From an uncultured Candidatus Saccharibacteria bacterium (GTDB lineage Bacteria; Patescibacteriota; Minisyncoccia; Phycocordibacterales; CAYRGE01): a DNA stretch of 64,000 nt. Location of the stretch: assembly GCA_964612415.1 (NCBI GenBank), contig CAZTCT010000001.1, positions 137,949 to 201,948 on the forward strand, read 5' to 3'. The stretch's first letter is position 1; each line of letters begins with the position of its first letter. This document shows, piece by piece, positions 63,948 through 64,000 of this stretch. The translations under genes were made by a program, and so were the position numbers. Under the pieces are notes generated by a model that was given only the letters and a program-made list of their open reading frames with translations, was not told where the DNA came from and searched no databases.

Positions 63948-64000
63948 GCAATAGTTATGGCCTTTAACCAAAATCAAAAAATCTCCTTCATCCCCAAAAA

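Noticed and set aside
1-64000. CRISPR arrays, insertion sequences/transposases, integrases, rRNA genes
   Set aside because: No short direct repeats with regular unique spacers. No transposase or integrase-like ORFs (DDE, tyrosine or serine recombinase motifs). No rRNA-like stretches anywhere in the window.

Overview
This window looks like a compact genome from a Candidate Phyla Radiation (CPR)/Patescibacteria-like bacterium, at roughly 48% GC. That lineage call is an inference. It rests on the absence of ribosomal protein L30, Lys/Ala-rich extensions on ribosomal proteins, giant surface proteins, sparse biosynthesis, and competence/type IV pilus genes (ComEC, ComFC, PilM).

The backbone is housekeeping:
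- Glycolysis: tpiA (partial) and pgk.
- A putative cell-envelope glycan-modification cluster (1453-5882).
- HIT, recJ, rnhA, and a ComEC split by an antisense DedA gene.
- The str operon (rpsL-rpsG-fusA-tuf) and an S10/spc-type ribosomal cluster (rpsJ through map, 18150-32281), broken in several places by inserted genes, terminators and fresh promoters.
- ndk, an infC-rpmI-rplT operon on the minus strand, smpB abutting a tmRNA, ftsH, two tRNAs (one with the rare UAU anticodon), recG, a delta-9 fatty-acid desaturase, comFC and pilM.

The most unusual content, in order:
- A 920-aa conjugative-coupling-protein-like (TraG/VirD4-type) P-loop ATPase followed by a 1423-aa acidic, membrane-anchored giant protein. 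The pair sits exactly where infA-rpmJ-rpsM-rpsK-rpoA-rplQ normally follow map.
- Two giant secreted proteins of 1306 and 1762 aa carrying PA14, dockerin-like, Ig-like, FN3 and peptidoglycan-binding modules. One has a VirB2/TrbC pilin-like N-terminus, and one contains near-identical intragenic DNA repeats.
- A strongly AT-rich foreign-looking gene inserted between rpsJ and rplC.
- A palindromic terminator element repeated six times across the window.
- Two candidate structured non-coding RNAs.

Everything here is from reading the sequence and the supplied ORF track. No database searches were run.
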